Below, piece after piece: positions 47,749 through 57,356 of a stretch of 64,000 bases of DNA. The first letter of the stretch is position 1. Each line of letters opens with the position of its first letter. Made by a program: the position numbers and the translations under genes. The DNA lies in NCBI GenBank assembly GCA_050246315.1, contig JBFWWG010000006.1:155002-219001 (forward strand), written 5' to 3'. This DNA is from Nitrospiraceae bacterium (GTDB lineage: Bacteria; Nitrospirota; Nitrospiria; Nitrospirales; Nitrospiraceae). Under the pieces are notes generated by a model. It was not told the origin of the DNA and made no database searches. It worked only from the letters and a program-made list of their open reading frames with translations.

Positions 47749-48133
47749 TGAATGAATTCAGCCTCGAATCCCACCACACCCGGCAAAGCGGCTTACGCTA
47801 ATGGAACTTCTGTTGCGGGTCAAGTTCGTGCGCAACACCTCTCGTCCGTTCCGCCTGACAGCCCTCCGTTGACTTCATTTCAACCCGATGATAGCCTGCT
47901 CCATTCATGAACGCTTCTGCTGCAATCGCGGACTCGCCGCCTAGTCGCTCGACGTCTCGTTTCAAGTACGCGTCGGTCCCTCGCGGCTATGCATGAGGGC
48001 ATCCATTGCTCTTCTCGGTTGCAATGGGTCCACCGCTTGGCGACCTCCGGATACCCGTTGCTCTTCTCGATGCAACGGGTGCAACGCGACGAACTGTCAT
48101 GAATAATGCAGGCTAGGGTCCCTCCGTGTCTTC

Positions 48134-49129
48134 GTGCCAGACCTTCGGCCCCCTCTTCGATTCGTGAAACCACTCGTCACACTCCTGGTTTTGGCAGTCG
48201 CCTTCATGCTCACTCCCGCGCCTGTGGTCCGGGCCTCGGACCCCATTCCCGTGGTCGTCACAATCCCGGTGCTCAAAGATTGGGTGGACCGGGTCGGCGG
48301 TCCTTACGTCCGGGTCACGACGCTGATTACAGGACTGGAGAGCGAGCACTCCTACTCGCCTCGCCCCAGCGATCTGGTGGCTGTCCGCAAGGCAAAACTG
48401 TTGTTCGAGGTCGGTGTGGGCCTGGAGATTTGGGTGTCCGGAATGATCCGGAGCGCCAACAATCCTTCCCTGTCATTGGTCACGACGGGCAAGGGCATCC
48501 CGCTCTTGCCCGATCGCACCGCCTCGCCGGCATCGCCTTCGGACCATTCGGCGACGATGCCGGCTCCGATGGAAACCTCAAAACACGATCATCAATCCGG
48601 TTCGAACCCCCATGTCTGGTTAGATCCGGAGAACGCGGTGACGATGATCCGTCACATCACCGCCGCACTGAGCCAGACAGACCCGGCCCATGGCGCGGAG
48701 TTCCGACGGAACGAGGCGGCCTACCTCCAGGAATTGCACCGTGCGCAAACGGAATTGTCGGACTTGGTTCGGAAGCTGCCGGATCGACGCCTGATCGTTC
48801 ATCACCCGGCCTGGCCGTATTTCGCCAAGCGGTTCGGCCTGGAGATCGTGGGTGAGATCCAAACCCAACCGAGCTCGGAACCTTCGGCCAGACACATTCA
48901 GTCCCTCGTCGACTTGATTCGCACCCACCACATTCGGGTGATTGTGTCCGAGCCCCAATTGAATCAGAAATTGCCCGGTCTCCTTGCGCGAGAAACCGGG
49001 GCGCGGATTGCCATCCTCACCCCGTTGCCGGGCGCGCTGCCGGGGACGGACAGCTATCTCGACATGCTCCGCTACAATGTGCTCCAATTGCTCCGCGCCT
49101 TCGACCAGCCGGCGCGCTCCGCCCGGTGA
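48134..49129 (+). CDS. Zn/Mn ABC transporter substrate-binding protein (ZnuA-like)
   Basis: EHSYSPRP, NPHVWLDP, HPAWPYFAKRFGL. Confidence 0.9.
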   Translation: MPDLRPPLRFVKPLVTLLVLAVAFMLTPAPVVRASDPIPVVVTIPVLKDWVDRVGGPYVRVTTLITGLESEHSYSPRPSDLVAVRKAKLLFEVGVGLEIWVSGMIRSANNPSLSLVTTGKGIPLLPDRTASPASPSDHSATMPAPMETSKHDHQSGSNPHVWLDPENAVTMIRHITAALSQTDPAHGAEFRRNEAAYLQELHRAQTELSDLVRKLPDRRLIVHHPAWPYFAKRFGLEIVGEIQTQPSSEPSARHIQSLVDLIRTHHIRVIVSEPQLNQKLPGLLARETGARIAILTPLPGALPGTDSYLDMLRYNVLQLLRAFDQPARSAR

Positions 49130-49158
49130 CACGGGCCGGGCTCGGTTCGAGCCTTCGC

Positions 49159-49938
49159 ATGGCACAGCCCATCATTCGTTTCGTCGACGCGACCTTCGGC
49201 TTTCCGGGAACTGTCGCCCTCCGAGAAATGAGCCTGGATATCTTTGACGGCGAATTTCTCGGCGTGATCGGTCCGAACGGCTCGGGAAAGACCACGCTCT
49301 GCCGGGCGATCTTAGGCCTCCTGCCCCCGCTCTCAGGGCACCTGCACATTTTCGACTGTTCCTGCGAAGCACTGCGCTGCCACCATCGCGCACGGATCGG
49401 CTACCTGCCTCAAAAGGGCGTCCTGGATCGAAACTTTCCCGTCACGGTCCTCGAAGCGGTGATGATGGGACGGTTCGGAGCCCTCGGCCTATTGAAGCGT
49501 CCCGGCAAGACCGATCGACGAATCGCACTGGAGGCATTGGAGAAGGTCGGCATGGCGGACTATCAGCAGAATGCCCTGGGGTTGCTCTCCGGCGGGCAGC
49601 AACAACGAGTGATGATCGCCCGCACCTTGGCTCAACAGCCGCAGGTGCTGCTGCTCGACGAGCCGACGACGGGCATCGATCTCGCCACCCAGCATGGTGT
49701 GCTCGATCTGATTCGCCAACTCCATCGGGATATGGGGTTAACGGTTCTCTTCGTGACGCACGATATTAACCTTATCAGCCCGCATGTCGATCGGTTGCTC
49801 CTGCTCAAGGGACGGGTCGTCGCCGCCGGACCGCCCGACGAGGTGCTCAAACCGGAAGTCTTGCAGCAGGTCTATGAGAAAGACCTTGTCATCTCCGAGC
49901 ATGGCATGGTCACGGTGAGGGACTATCACCACCATTAG
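49159..49938 (+). CDS. Zn/Mn ABC transporter ATPase (ZnuC-like)
   Basis: GPNGSGKTT, LSGGQQQR, LLLDEP, VTHD. Confidence 0.92.
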   Translation: MAQPIIRFVDATFGFPGTVALREMSLDIFDGEFLGVIGPNGSGKTTLCRAILGLLPPLSGHLHIFDCSCEALRCHHRARIGYLPQKGVLDRNFPVTVLEAVMMGRFGALGLLKRPGKTDRRIALEALEKVGMADYQQNALGLLSGGQQQRVMIARTLAQQPQVLLLDEPTTGIDLATQHGVLDLIRQLHRDMGLTVLFVTHDINLISPHVDRLLLLKGRVVAAGPPDEVLKPEVLQQVYEKDLVISEHGMVTVRDYHHH

Positions 49939-50040
49939 CCTGCTTCGGGTCACCACCGAGGACCTCGGCCCGACGACGGTATTTGATTCTCCTGACAGGA
50001 CGCGTTATACCCTCAGCCCGGCATTCAGTACGGCTCACCG

Positions 50041-50871
50041 ATGTTGGACCTTCTCACCTACGACTTCATGCAACGCTCGCTGTTGGCGGCGGCCCTTGTC
50101 GGCGCTCTCTGTTCGCTCATCGGCGTCTTTGTCGTGCTCCGCGGCTTGGCCTTCATCGGGGCGGGCACCGCCCATGCCGCCTTCGCCGGCGTCGCCCTGG
50201 CCTACCTGATCGGCGGCCCGCCCCTGCCATTCGCCATTCTGTTCGGACTCAGCACCGCCTGGGTCACGGGTTTGATGGAGGAGAAGGGCCGGATGAAATT
50301 GGACGTGTCGATCGGCATTCTTTATACGGCCACCATGGCGCTCGCGATCCTGTTTATCGGACTGATGAAGAGCTACAACGCGGAGGTCTACGGTTATCTG
50401 TTCGGCAGCGTGCTAGCCGTCACCCCGGAGGAACTCCTCTCGATTGCATTGTTGGGGTTGTTGGTGCTCGGCACCATCGTGCTCTTCTCCAAGGAACTGT
50501 ATTTCATTGCATTCGACCAGGAAATGGCGGAAGCGTCCGGCATCCCCGCCCGCAAGATTTTTTATCTGCTACTCTCGTTGATCGCCCTGACCATTGTCGT
50601 GTCGCTGAAGATCGTCGGAGCGATCCTCGTCTTTGCCTTGATGTTGATCCCTGCTTCGATCGCCTACCAGTTGACGCATAGTCTGGCGCAAATGACCTCC
50701 TACGCGGTTCTCATCGGCACCGGGTGCGCAGTGGGAGGCGTGCTCCTATCGTATTGGTGGGACCTTCCCTCGGGTCCGACCATCGTGTTGTTGGCCACAC
50801 TCATCTTCGTCCTAGCGGCGCTGCTGTCGCCGAAACACCGACGCGTCGCTGCCTCCGTTCCGTCCCATTAG
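50041..50871 (+). CDS. Zn/Mn ABC transporter permease (ZnuB-like)
   Basis: FMQRSL, AHAAFAG, YLFGS, PSGPTIV. Confidence 0.92.
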   Translation: MLDLLTYDFMQRSLLAAALVGALCSLIGVFVVLRGLAFIGAGTAHAAFAGVALAYLIGGPPLPFAILFGLSTAWVTGLMEEKGRMKLDVSIGILYTATMALAILFIGLMKSYNAEVYGYLFGSVLAVTPEELLSIALLGLLVLGTIVLFSKELYFIAFDQEMAEASGIPARKIFYLLLSLIALTIVVSLKIVGAILVFALMLIPASIAYQLTHSLAQMTSYAVLIGTGCAVGGVLLSYWWDLPSGPTIVLLATLIFVLAALLSPKHRRVAASVPSH

Positions 50872-51101
50872 ATACTGTAGATACTGTCTCGCTAGACCGT
50901 TCTGTTACCCGTCGGACTTCCGACAGCTGTCCACTGCCGTACCCTCCTCTCGCGCTCCGCTCTTTGCTTGCATCTGAGGGATCAATGGGCTATAGAGTCG
51001 AACGGCGGTCCCGAGATTGCGTCGAGCATGGACGCTCACGACATCATCACGAGGCCAGTGGTCTTTTGATTCATCGCCAAGGAGCGAGGAGGGAGGGTGA
51101 C

Positions 51102-51740
51102 ATGATGAAAGGACGAGCCCGGTGGTCGACGGCAGGCCTGCTGACGTTGATTTTCGGCATCATCTTCGTTTCGTCGTCTACCGCATTGGCGGCCGACTGG
51201 GTGCACGAAGGCCAGGTCAAGGACGGCCGTTGGCAAATCGGTGTGCGGGCCGGCCTCTCGATCCTCACACAGGAAATGTTGGCAGGAACAGACGGGGGCC
51301 TCAGTCCCGCGGTGAACGTTCAGGCCATGTACGGATTGAACAAGTGGTTCTCGGCCGGTCTGATGGTCGATTGGGAACACCGCGGCATTGATAACGAACG
51401 GCCCAGCTTGGACCTGGGCACGCTCAACACCGTGTCGATCTTACCGACGCTGGAGTTTCACCCGGGACGGTTCGGCAACGCCATGCCCTATCTTTCGACA
51501 GGCATCGGCGTCAACGTCAACTCCTTCAGCGAAGCGACGGGAACACCTCGTACCGACGTGAGTAATACGTTTGCCTTCCGTCTCGCCGGCGGCGTTGATT
51601 TCCCCTTGACCTCCAATATGGCGCTCAATACGGAAGTCGCCTGGAAGCGCAATCGGGGCGGAATTGAGGTCGGGGGAGCCGAAGGCAACTTCGATGCGAC
51701 AAGCATGAGTTTGCTCCTCGGGCTTCGCTACACCTTCTGA
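51102..51740 (+). CDS. Outer-membrane beta-barrel protein (OmpW/OmpA-TM-like)
   Basis: Signal peptide, amphipathic strands, PYL..GIG, C-terminal GLRYTF. Confidence 0.85.
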   Translation: MMKGRARWSTAGLLTLIFGIIFVSSSTALAADWVHEGQVKDGRWQIGVRAGLSILTQEMLAGTDGGLSPAVNVQAMYGLNKWFSAGLMVDWEHRGIDNERPSLDLGTLNTVSILPTLEFHPGRFGNAMPYLSTGIGVNVNSFSEATGTPRTDVSNTFAFRLAGGVDFPLTSNMALNTEVAWKRNRGGIEVGGAEGNFDATSMSLLLGLRYTF

Positions 51741-51954
51741 TGATGAATTCGGGCGGGCCAGGTCCGCACCTGGCCTGCAACGAGCATTCGTGACGTTTCA
51801 GCCGTTGCATGTCCCAGTGCAATGGGTCGCACCGTGGTTGCAGGAGGAGTCCTCGTGAATAATACGGGCTGCCTCGCGGACCGCTGGCAGAGGGCCGCCG
51901 GCCAAGGAGGATGATGGGATCTCGTTGGATTCGATGCTTCGACGACCAGGTGAG

Positions 51955-52431
51955 CTACTCCAATTTCGCCTGCTTACGCGTCGCCCGCACCATGCCGGTC
52001 TGCTCCCTGGAGCTGAACCCCAACCGCTCGTAGAAGCGGGGCATGCGGGTACAGAGCCAAAACAGCTCGACGCGCTTCAAGCGCGGGTGATGCAAAATTC
52101 GATTCACGATAGCCGTTCCAACCCCTCGACCCTGGTAGGCCTTGTCCACGATCACATCCCAAATCGTTGCCCGATACACATAATCGGTCAGGACCCGGCC
52201 GAAGCCGACCAGTCGCGCTCCGTCCCATGCTGTCACGGCCTCATCCGTATGGTTGAGCATGGTCTTCGCGTCCTCGATGGTCCGTCCTTTGGCCCAGGGA
52301 GCCTGTTGGTAGAGGCGGAAGAGGTGCTGAGGGGGAATGTCGGTGCCGTCCGCATAGACAATCGTCTCGGCGGATTTCCGAACCTTTGGCAAGGCCTTCG
52401 TCTTAGTCGACACCTTGGTCTTGAGTGGCAC
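51955..52431 (-). CDS. GNAT family acetyltransferase
   Basis: LVGFGR, DVIV...YQGRGVG, FYERLGF. Confidence 0.9.
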   Translation of the reverse strand: MPLKTKVSTKTKALPKVRKSAETIVYADGTDIPPQHLFRLYQQAPWAKGRTIEDAKTMLNHTDEAVTAWDGARLVGFGRVLTDYVYRATIWDVIVDKAYQGRGVGTAIVNRILHHPRLKRVELFWLCTRMPRFYERLGFSSREQTGMVRATRKQAKLE

Positions 52432-52507
52432 GAGGTCTCTGTATTAGAGTACCGCCCGCCGGCACGTCACCGGATGCCGGAGGATATCTACGACGTTAGG
52501 ATGCACC

Positions 52508-52687
52508 ATGGCGACACAAGTTCGCACCTGTCCCCGATGTTTCAAACTCATGTGGCTCAAAGAAGACCTGATCGAGCACGAGAACGAGGACACGATTCGC
52601 ACCACCTGCCCCCATTGCAAGACATTGGTTCGTGTCAGGCTGGTGACCTCGGGACCGAATGCCACAGGACCCAAAATGGGTCATTGA
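52508..52687 (+). CDS. 59-aa zinc-ribbon protein (absent from the ORF track)
   Basis: MATQVRTCPRCFKLMWLKEDLIEHENEDTIRTTCPHCKTLVRVRLVTSGPNATGPKMGH; two CPxC motifs; AGGA upstream. Confidence 0.7.
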   Translation: MATQVRTCPRCFKLMWLKEDLIEHENEDTIRTTCPHCKTLVRVRLVTSGPNATGPKMGH

Positions 52688-52775
52688 GCTTCGTCTCTAT
52701 CGTAGCACCTCACGCACGAAACACCTGACGCGTCAGAGGAAGCTGCCGATCGCGCACCCCTCAAGTGCGCCAGGC

Positions 52776-53201
52776 CTAGACCATTCCCTTTCCTGCCCCT
52801 TCCAACTCCGGTTCATTTCCAGGAAGGATCTTATGGAGATGGACGCGATATTCGGCCATGCGTTTCATTTCGGCCGGCAACATCGCAATGTCCTTATCCC
52901 GAGCCATTCGGTCGAGGTGATCGAGGACGGCCAGGAGCGGCTGCACTGTTCCCAGAAGGTTGCCGGCCTCAAATGCCTCCAACGAATCCATGAAGAGCGG
53001 CGTCAATCGCCTGTAAGGTGTCCCGCCGGCCTGCCCGCGGAACCGCGAGAGTGTCTGCTCATAGACGTCGACGGCCTCCGGCTTGGGCCTCACTCCTCCC
53101 GGAAGCGCCCCCAGGTGAACCACGGCCGGCAACGAGACCGCATAGCCCTTGAGCTGCGTAATCAGACTACCGAGGAGATCCAGAACGTGACTGCTTTCCA
53201 T
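52776..53201 (-). CDS. Hypothetical helical protein
   Basis: 141-aa ORF with natural composition downstream of rluD. Confidence 0.6.
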   Translation of the reverse strand: MESSHVLDLLGSLITQLKGYAVSLPAVVHLGALPGGVRPKPEAVDVYEQTLSRFRGQAGGTPYRRLTPLFMDSLEAFEAGNLLGTVQPLLAVLDHLDRMARDKDIAMLPAEMKRMAEYRVHLHKILPGNEPELEGAGKGMV

Positions 53202-53289
53202 GCTTGTCGCTCATCGAACGCAGCAGACTGATACGCTCACCTTGCTGCGCTGTCAAGAGTCGATGTGTCGAATACGGTCGGCCGTGTCC

Positions 53290-54258
53290 TCACGAGCGTT
53301 GCTGCAGAGCATGGTGGACCGCCTGCATATCGACCGGGATGTCCGCGGCAAATTGCTGGTAGCGTTGGGTGAGAGGATGGATGAACCCCAACAGCCTGGC
53401 ATGCAGCATGACTCTTGGAATCTCACATTCGGCGACCGTGCGGACCTTTCGCCCTCCATAGGTTGGATCGCCCAAGACTGGATGGCCGATGGACGCCAGA
53501 TGGACCCGAATCTGGTGCGTGCGTCCGGTCTTGGGCAGCAACATCACCTGCGTGGCTGTCTTCCCGAAGCGTCCCAGAACCTGATACTCCGTCACCGAGG
53601 GTTTCGGTCTTGCCGTCCGCGCAGAAAATTTCTTTCGCTCCTTCGTATCCCGTCCGATCGCCAATTCGATGATCCCACGCGGTTTCTTCAGAGAGCCCCA
53701 CACCAACGCTTCATATTCTCGCGTGATGGTATGGGCCTTGAACTGCGCGGCCAGCCCCGCATGGATTTCATCCATTTTGGCGATTACCATGACCCCCGAC
53801 GTCTCTTTGTCGAGCCGATGCACGAGACCGGGCCGTTCCTTGCCGCCGATCGTCGAGAGGGCGCGCTCGCCCCGCTTGAAGTGATGCAGGAGTCCATGCA
53901 CCAAGGTGCCCGACCAATGGCCCGGCGCCGGATGGACGACCAGACCGGCAGGTTTGTTCAGCACCAGCAGCGCCTCATCCTCGAAGAGCACATCCAGCGG
54001 GATGGCTTCCGGTTTCAGTTCGAGCGGCTCCGGTCGTGGGATGACCAACGTGATGCGATCCCCGGGCCTGATCTTGTAACTGGGCTTCGTTTGTCGGTCA
54101 TTGATGCGAATACGACCCTCTTCGATGAGGCGTTGAATCATCGCCCGCGAAAGGGTGGGGTCGCGAGAAGCGAGGAACAGGTCAACACGTTTGGGAGTTT
54201 CGCCGGACGTGATCACCACGTCGGTCTGAACGTCCGGCCAAGTACGAGGCGAACTCAT
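53290..54258 (-). CDS. rluD: RluA/RluD family pseudouridine synthase with S4 domain
   Basis: NKPAGLVVHP, RPGLVHRLDKETSG, TGRTHQIRVH. Confidence 0.92.
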   Translation of the reverse strand: MSSPRTWPDVQTDVVITSGETPKRVDLFLASRDPTLSRAMIQRLIEEGRIRINDRQTKPSYKIRPGDRITLVIPRPEPLELKPEAIPLDVLFEDEALLVLNKPAGLVVHPAPGHWSGTLVHGLLHHFKRGERALSTIGGKERPGLVHRLDKETSGVMVIAKMDEIHAGLAAQFKAHTITREYEALVWGSLKKPRGIIELAIGRDTKERKKFSARTARPKPSVTEYQVLGRFGKTATQVMLLPKTGRTHQIRVHLASIGHPVLGDPTYGGRKVRTVAECEIPRVMLHARLLGFIHPLTQRYQQFAADIPVDMQAVHHALQQRS

Positions 54259-54295
54259 CTCATGACGTGACCTGGGTGCCTGTGGTGGCCTCTAC

Positions 54296-54497
54296 CAGGC
54301 TGCGGAAAAACTATCTTCGACACTTGAAATCGTCACGGGCATCGAGGTCTCAGACGACGACGGACAGCCCGTGCAGGATGCTCAAAAAGGCCGTCCAGCA
54401 AGGCCGGAGCGAGCGAGGAGGCGAATCGTACTTTTTCCCGTATGTTGAGCCTCTGAGCGATGCGAGAACGTCGCTGGCAGACTTTTTCAGCATCCTT
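54296..54497 (+). mobile_element. MITE-like element (202 bp) with CTAC target duplication
   Basis: CAGGCTGCGGAAAAAC...TTTTTCAGCATCCTT; CTAC at 54292-54295 and 54498-54501. Confidence 0.85.
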
Positions 54498-54929
54498 CTA
54501 CAGGTTGCCGTATTCGTTCAGGGCCACAGCCTTGTCCTCCGAGTCGTAGACAACCGGGTAACGTCGTTCTTCTCCGCGCGAAGCCTCGGCCGCCGTAGCC
54601 GGAATTTCCCAGAGCAACAGGGTGATGACGTCCATGAAAAGATTGAAGATTGCGCGGCCGGCACTGGGCTCATTGCCACGAGTATAGACGTACACGGCGG
54701 TGTGGTAGCCGTCTTTGGTCTGTGCCGTCTCGACAGGCTGTCCGAGGATACCTTCTACATGCTCCCGGGCCATCCCGACGTGCAACAGCTCAAGCCGAGG
54801 CTCCGGCTTCCCGCTGATCGCCATGCCCACAGAGCAACCGGCAAGCTGAAGGGTGAGGAGGAGAGCGGCAATCCACTGAATCCCGCGGTTCGCGCAGCTC
54901 TGTACTGAGTCAGCACGAAAACCAATCAC
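54498..54929 (-). CDS. Hypothetical lipoprotein (start uncertain)
   Basis: Lipobox LAGC; VGM.RE.VE.ILGQP motif reminiscent of SmpA/OmlA-like folds. Confidence 0.65.
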   Translation of the reverse strand: MIGFRADSVQSCANRGIQWIAALLLTLQLAGCSVGMAISGKPEPRLELLHVGMAREHVEGILGQPVETAQTKDGYHTAVYVYTRGNEPSAGRAIFNLFMDVITLLLWEIPATAAEASRGEERRYPVVYDSEDKAVALNEYGNL

Positions 54930-54987
54930 CGAGGTCCTTCCGACACCATTTGGAGGAACGATTCGAACCGTCAAGACCGCCCTGACA

Positions 54988-55668
54988 CTATTTGTCGGCT
55001 TCTTTGCCGAGGAACTGGGCGACGAGCTGGTCTGCACAGGTATCCGCCAATAGGTCAAAGGCCTCTTTGAGCCCACCGGTCTTGGGAGTCTGCACGTTCG
55101 CGCCCCTCGGCCCGGAGGATGTGTCCTTTCCTTCCAGGTCACAGCCGCCTTGCCAGAGAATCTTGCCTTCTGGAAATCGGATAAGCCTCGCTCGCGCCCG
55201 ATAGGCCACAATGTCGGTCGGCTCGAACGGGACAGGGAGCACACCCCAATAGGTCGTGGCGAAATCGAGGATCGTTTCACGACCGAATTGCAGCTTCAGG
55301 CGATCCGGTCCTTCACCGATCATGAACGGAGCCGCCACGGGCGTCAGGGTCGGCCCCCCCAGTCTTTTTCCCGCAACAGCCGCAAAGGTGCTTTTGACTC
55401 GGAGGACAGGATCTTTCAGATCGTACTCTTTAATCAGGAGGTCGCGACTCTGCGACTCCAGCGCCGTGTACCCTCCGCCGCCCGCATAGGCCACTCGCGG
55501 CTGGTTGGTTGGGACATAGAGTTCGGGAGCAACGTGATGGATCACCTTGATCTCGGGAGTGGTCTTGAGCGACTCTCTGGTTGCCGGATCTAAGCGGACC
55601 ATGTCTTGGGCACAGGCGGCCAACACCAGCGCCAGAACCATCGAGCCACGAGCAATGATCGTCTCCAT
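54988..55668 (-). CDS. Hypothetical lipoprotein
   Basis: Lipobox LAAC, Shine-Dalgarno present. Confidence 0.7.
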   Translation of the reverse strand: METIIARGSMVLALVLAACAQDMVRLDPATRESLKTTPEIKVIHHVAPELYVPTNQPRVAYAGGGGYTALESQSRDLLIKEYDLKDPVLRVKSTFAAVAGKRLGGPTLTPVAAPFMIGEGPDRLKLQFGRETILDFATTYWGVLPVPFEPTDIVAYRARARLIRFPEGKILWQGGCDLEGKDTSSGPRGANVQTPKTGGLKEAFDLLADTCADQLVAQFLGKEADK

Positions 55669-55837
55669 GGGAGGCCCTCCTTCTTAATCATCCTCACATG
55701 CGCGTACCATGGACCCGCAGGGGCGGTAGCATACATGACCGTCCCGGCGATTTTCCAGGGCCGTTTCAGGAGAGCACCTGGCAGATGATTGGAAGAAGGG
55801 GCAGCGGAGGCAACGGAAGGAGCCCGGACAAACGACA

Positions 55838-55868
55838 AGGGGGCGGCCTTCAGAGAAGGCCGCCCCCT
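55838..55868 (-). terminator. Terminator hairpin after the RRM gene
   Basis: AGGGGGCGGCCTTC-AGA-GAAGGCCGCCCCCT. Confidence 0.75.
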
Positions 55869-55890
55869 GTTTATTCAGCCTGACTGGTGG

Positions 55891-56217
55891 TTACCAGCGG
55901 TCGCGCTTGCCGCCTCGGCCTCCACCCCCTCCGCCGAACCCGCCATTCCTCCCGCCTTCGGAGCGGGCTTCACGCGGCTTCGCCTCGTTGACGGTCAGCG
56001 TCCGGCCGCCGAACTGCGTCCCGTTGAGGGCATTGATTGCGGTTTGGGCCTCAGACGGCGACGTCATCTCGACAAAGCCGAACCCTCGCGACTGGCCGGT
56101 AAACCGGTCTGTCACAATCTGTGCGGACGCCACAGCTCCGTGTTGTCCGAACAGGTCCGTTAACTCTTGCTCCGTTGCCGCATAGGGCAACCCACCGACG
56201 AAAATTTTTGAACCCAT
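55891..56217 (-). CDS. RRM (RNP-1) RNA-binding protein with Gly-rich tail
   Basis: IFVGGL, SRGFGFVEM, VNEAKP; AAGGAGG Shine-Dalgarno. Confidence 0.95.
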   Translation of the reverse strand: MGSKIFVGGLPYAATEQELTDLFGQHGAVASAQIVTDRFTGQSRGFGFVEMTSPSEAQTAINALNGTQFGGRTLTVNEAKPREARSEGGRNGGFGGGGGGRGGKRDRW

Positions 56218-56414
56218 GAGGGGTTCCTCCTTATTGAAAGTGATGAAGCGATATTGTCTTGAGGGAGGAAGAGAACGGGAAAAGTCTGCCCGAAGACGCA
56301 AACCATGAAGCGGCTTAGGATCGGCTTCCGATCAGAACCCCAAACAAAACAACATCGTAAATGGGCCTCTTGACTCTCTCCTCATCGCAGGCCCCTCTCC
56401 GATGAGGTATCGGG

Positions 56415-56443
56415 ACTCTACCATACCCCTTCGGCCAGAACAA
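56415..56443 (-). promoter_or_regulatory. Putative promoter of the RRM gene
   Basis: TTGTTC-17 nt-TAGAGT with an extended -10 TG. Confidence 0.45.
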
Positions 56444-56703
56444 GCCTGATGAGGTTTAGGGGACCGCCTGGCCGAGGCAGGCTTTCATTGAGCCAAAGAC
56501 ACCTCAGATCCATCGTGGAGGGCTCTTGGCCAGCCAGCCCATGGCGGCTTCCGCCGGTTCCGCGCGATCCTGCTCCTCTAGACATAATGGTGTGCCCTAC
56601 CAAATGATGTGCCCTACCAAGTCTGCAAGACGAGGACTATGTTGCGCGAGGACATGCAGACCATAGCTACAATACGGAGGCAGATCACATCATTATGTCT
56701 AGA

Positions 56704-57249
56704 TTACTGTCGCCGGAGGCGAGCCGTTGCTTTCTCAAGCTGACGGATGCATCGCGTCCGCATCGGTTCGATATCAGCCGGCAGGGGCTTCTTCAGCGAC
56801 TGCTTCGCTCGGGTGAGATATTCACGAGCCTGGGCCGGGTCCCACTCCGCACGTGGCACAGAGCAGACGTCATCGATGGAAACACCGTGTCCGACCCACC
56901 TCAAGACCTGCTCGGGGTTGTTGGGCAATGCCGAGTGGAGTGCGACATCCAACGGGTGCCTCGTTCCACCCCCGGTTCCAGGTCGCAACGCACGGCCGAC
57001 TTCCAGCCAGCGGCTGCTCCCTTGCTCCACCTGCTCCAGAACATGTTTCCACTCATGCGGATCGAGTGTGAGTCGCGCCACGACCGCCACCGCGCCCTCG
57101 TCTTTGATCGTCCGCATGATGATTTCGGGGCTCGACAACGGTGAGCTTGCGGCTCCCATACCAGCCGGCAGAAAGAGAAGTCCGGTGAACGCCCCGATTC
57201 CAAAAAATGCTCGCCTCCTCCACGTTCTCACTGACCCTGGGTTGCTCAT
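56704..57249 (-). CDS. Hypothetical exported protein (Tat-like signal)
   Basis: RRRAFF followed by a hydrophobic stretch; helical body with a Cys pair. Confidence 0.65.
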   Translation of the reverse strand: MSNPGSVRTWRRRAFFGIGAFTGLLFLPAGMGAASSPLSSPEIIMRTIKDEGAVAVVARLTLDPHEWKHVLEQVEQGSSRWLEVGRALRPGTGGGTRHPLDVALHSALPNNPEQVLRWVGHGVSIDDVCSVPRAEWDPAQAREYLTRAKQSLKKPLPADIEPMRTRCIRQLEKATARLRRQ

Positions 57250-57356
57250 GTCCCTACCTTTCTCCGGATGAGAGTAGAGGCAGCGGGCCGATTCTTCCAA
57301 TCAATTCGCGATTTCGAGGATGATGAAGAAAAAGCGCCTGCCGAACCGGCAAGTCG

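Noticed and set aside
47713..47820. glmS ribozyme upstream of anmK
   Set aside because: The conserved AGCGCC...GACGAGG core is not present on the transcribed strand
52444..52684. Minus-strand ORFs of 76 and 62 aa
   Set aside because: They overlap a more convincing plus-strand CPxC...CPxC ORF
56424..56520. TPP riboswitch (AACCTCATC...CCGAAGGGG resemblance)
   Set aside because: The invariant CTGAGA and AACCTGAT/TAAT elements are altered, there is no thiamine gene nearby, and the segment is better explained as a promoter
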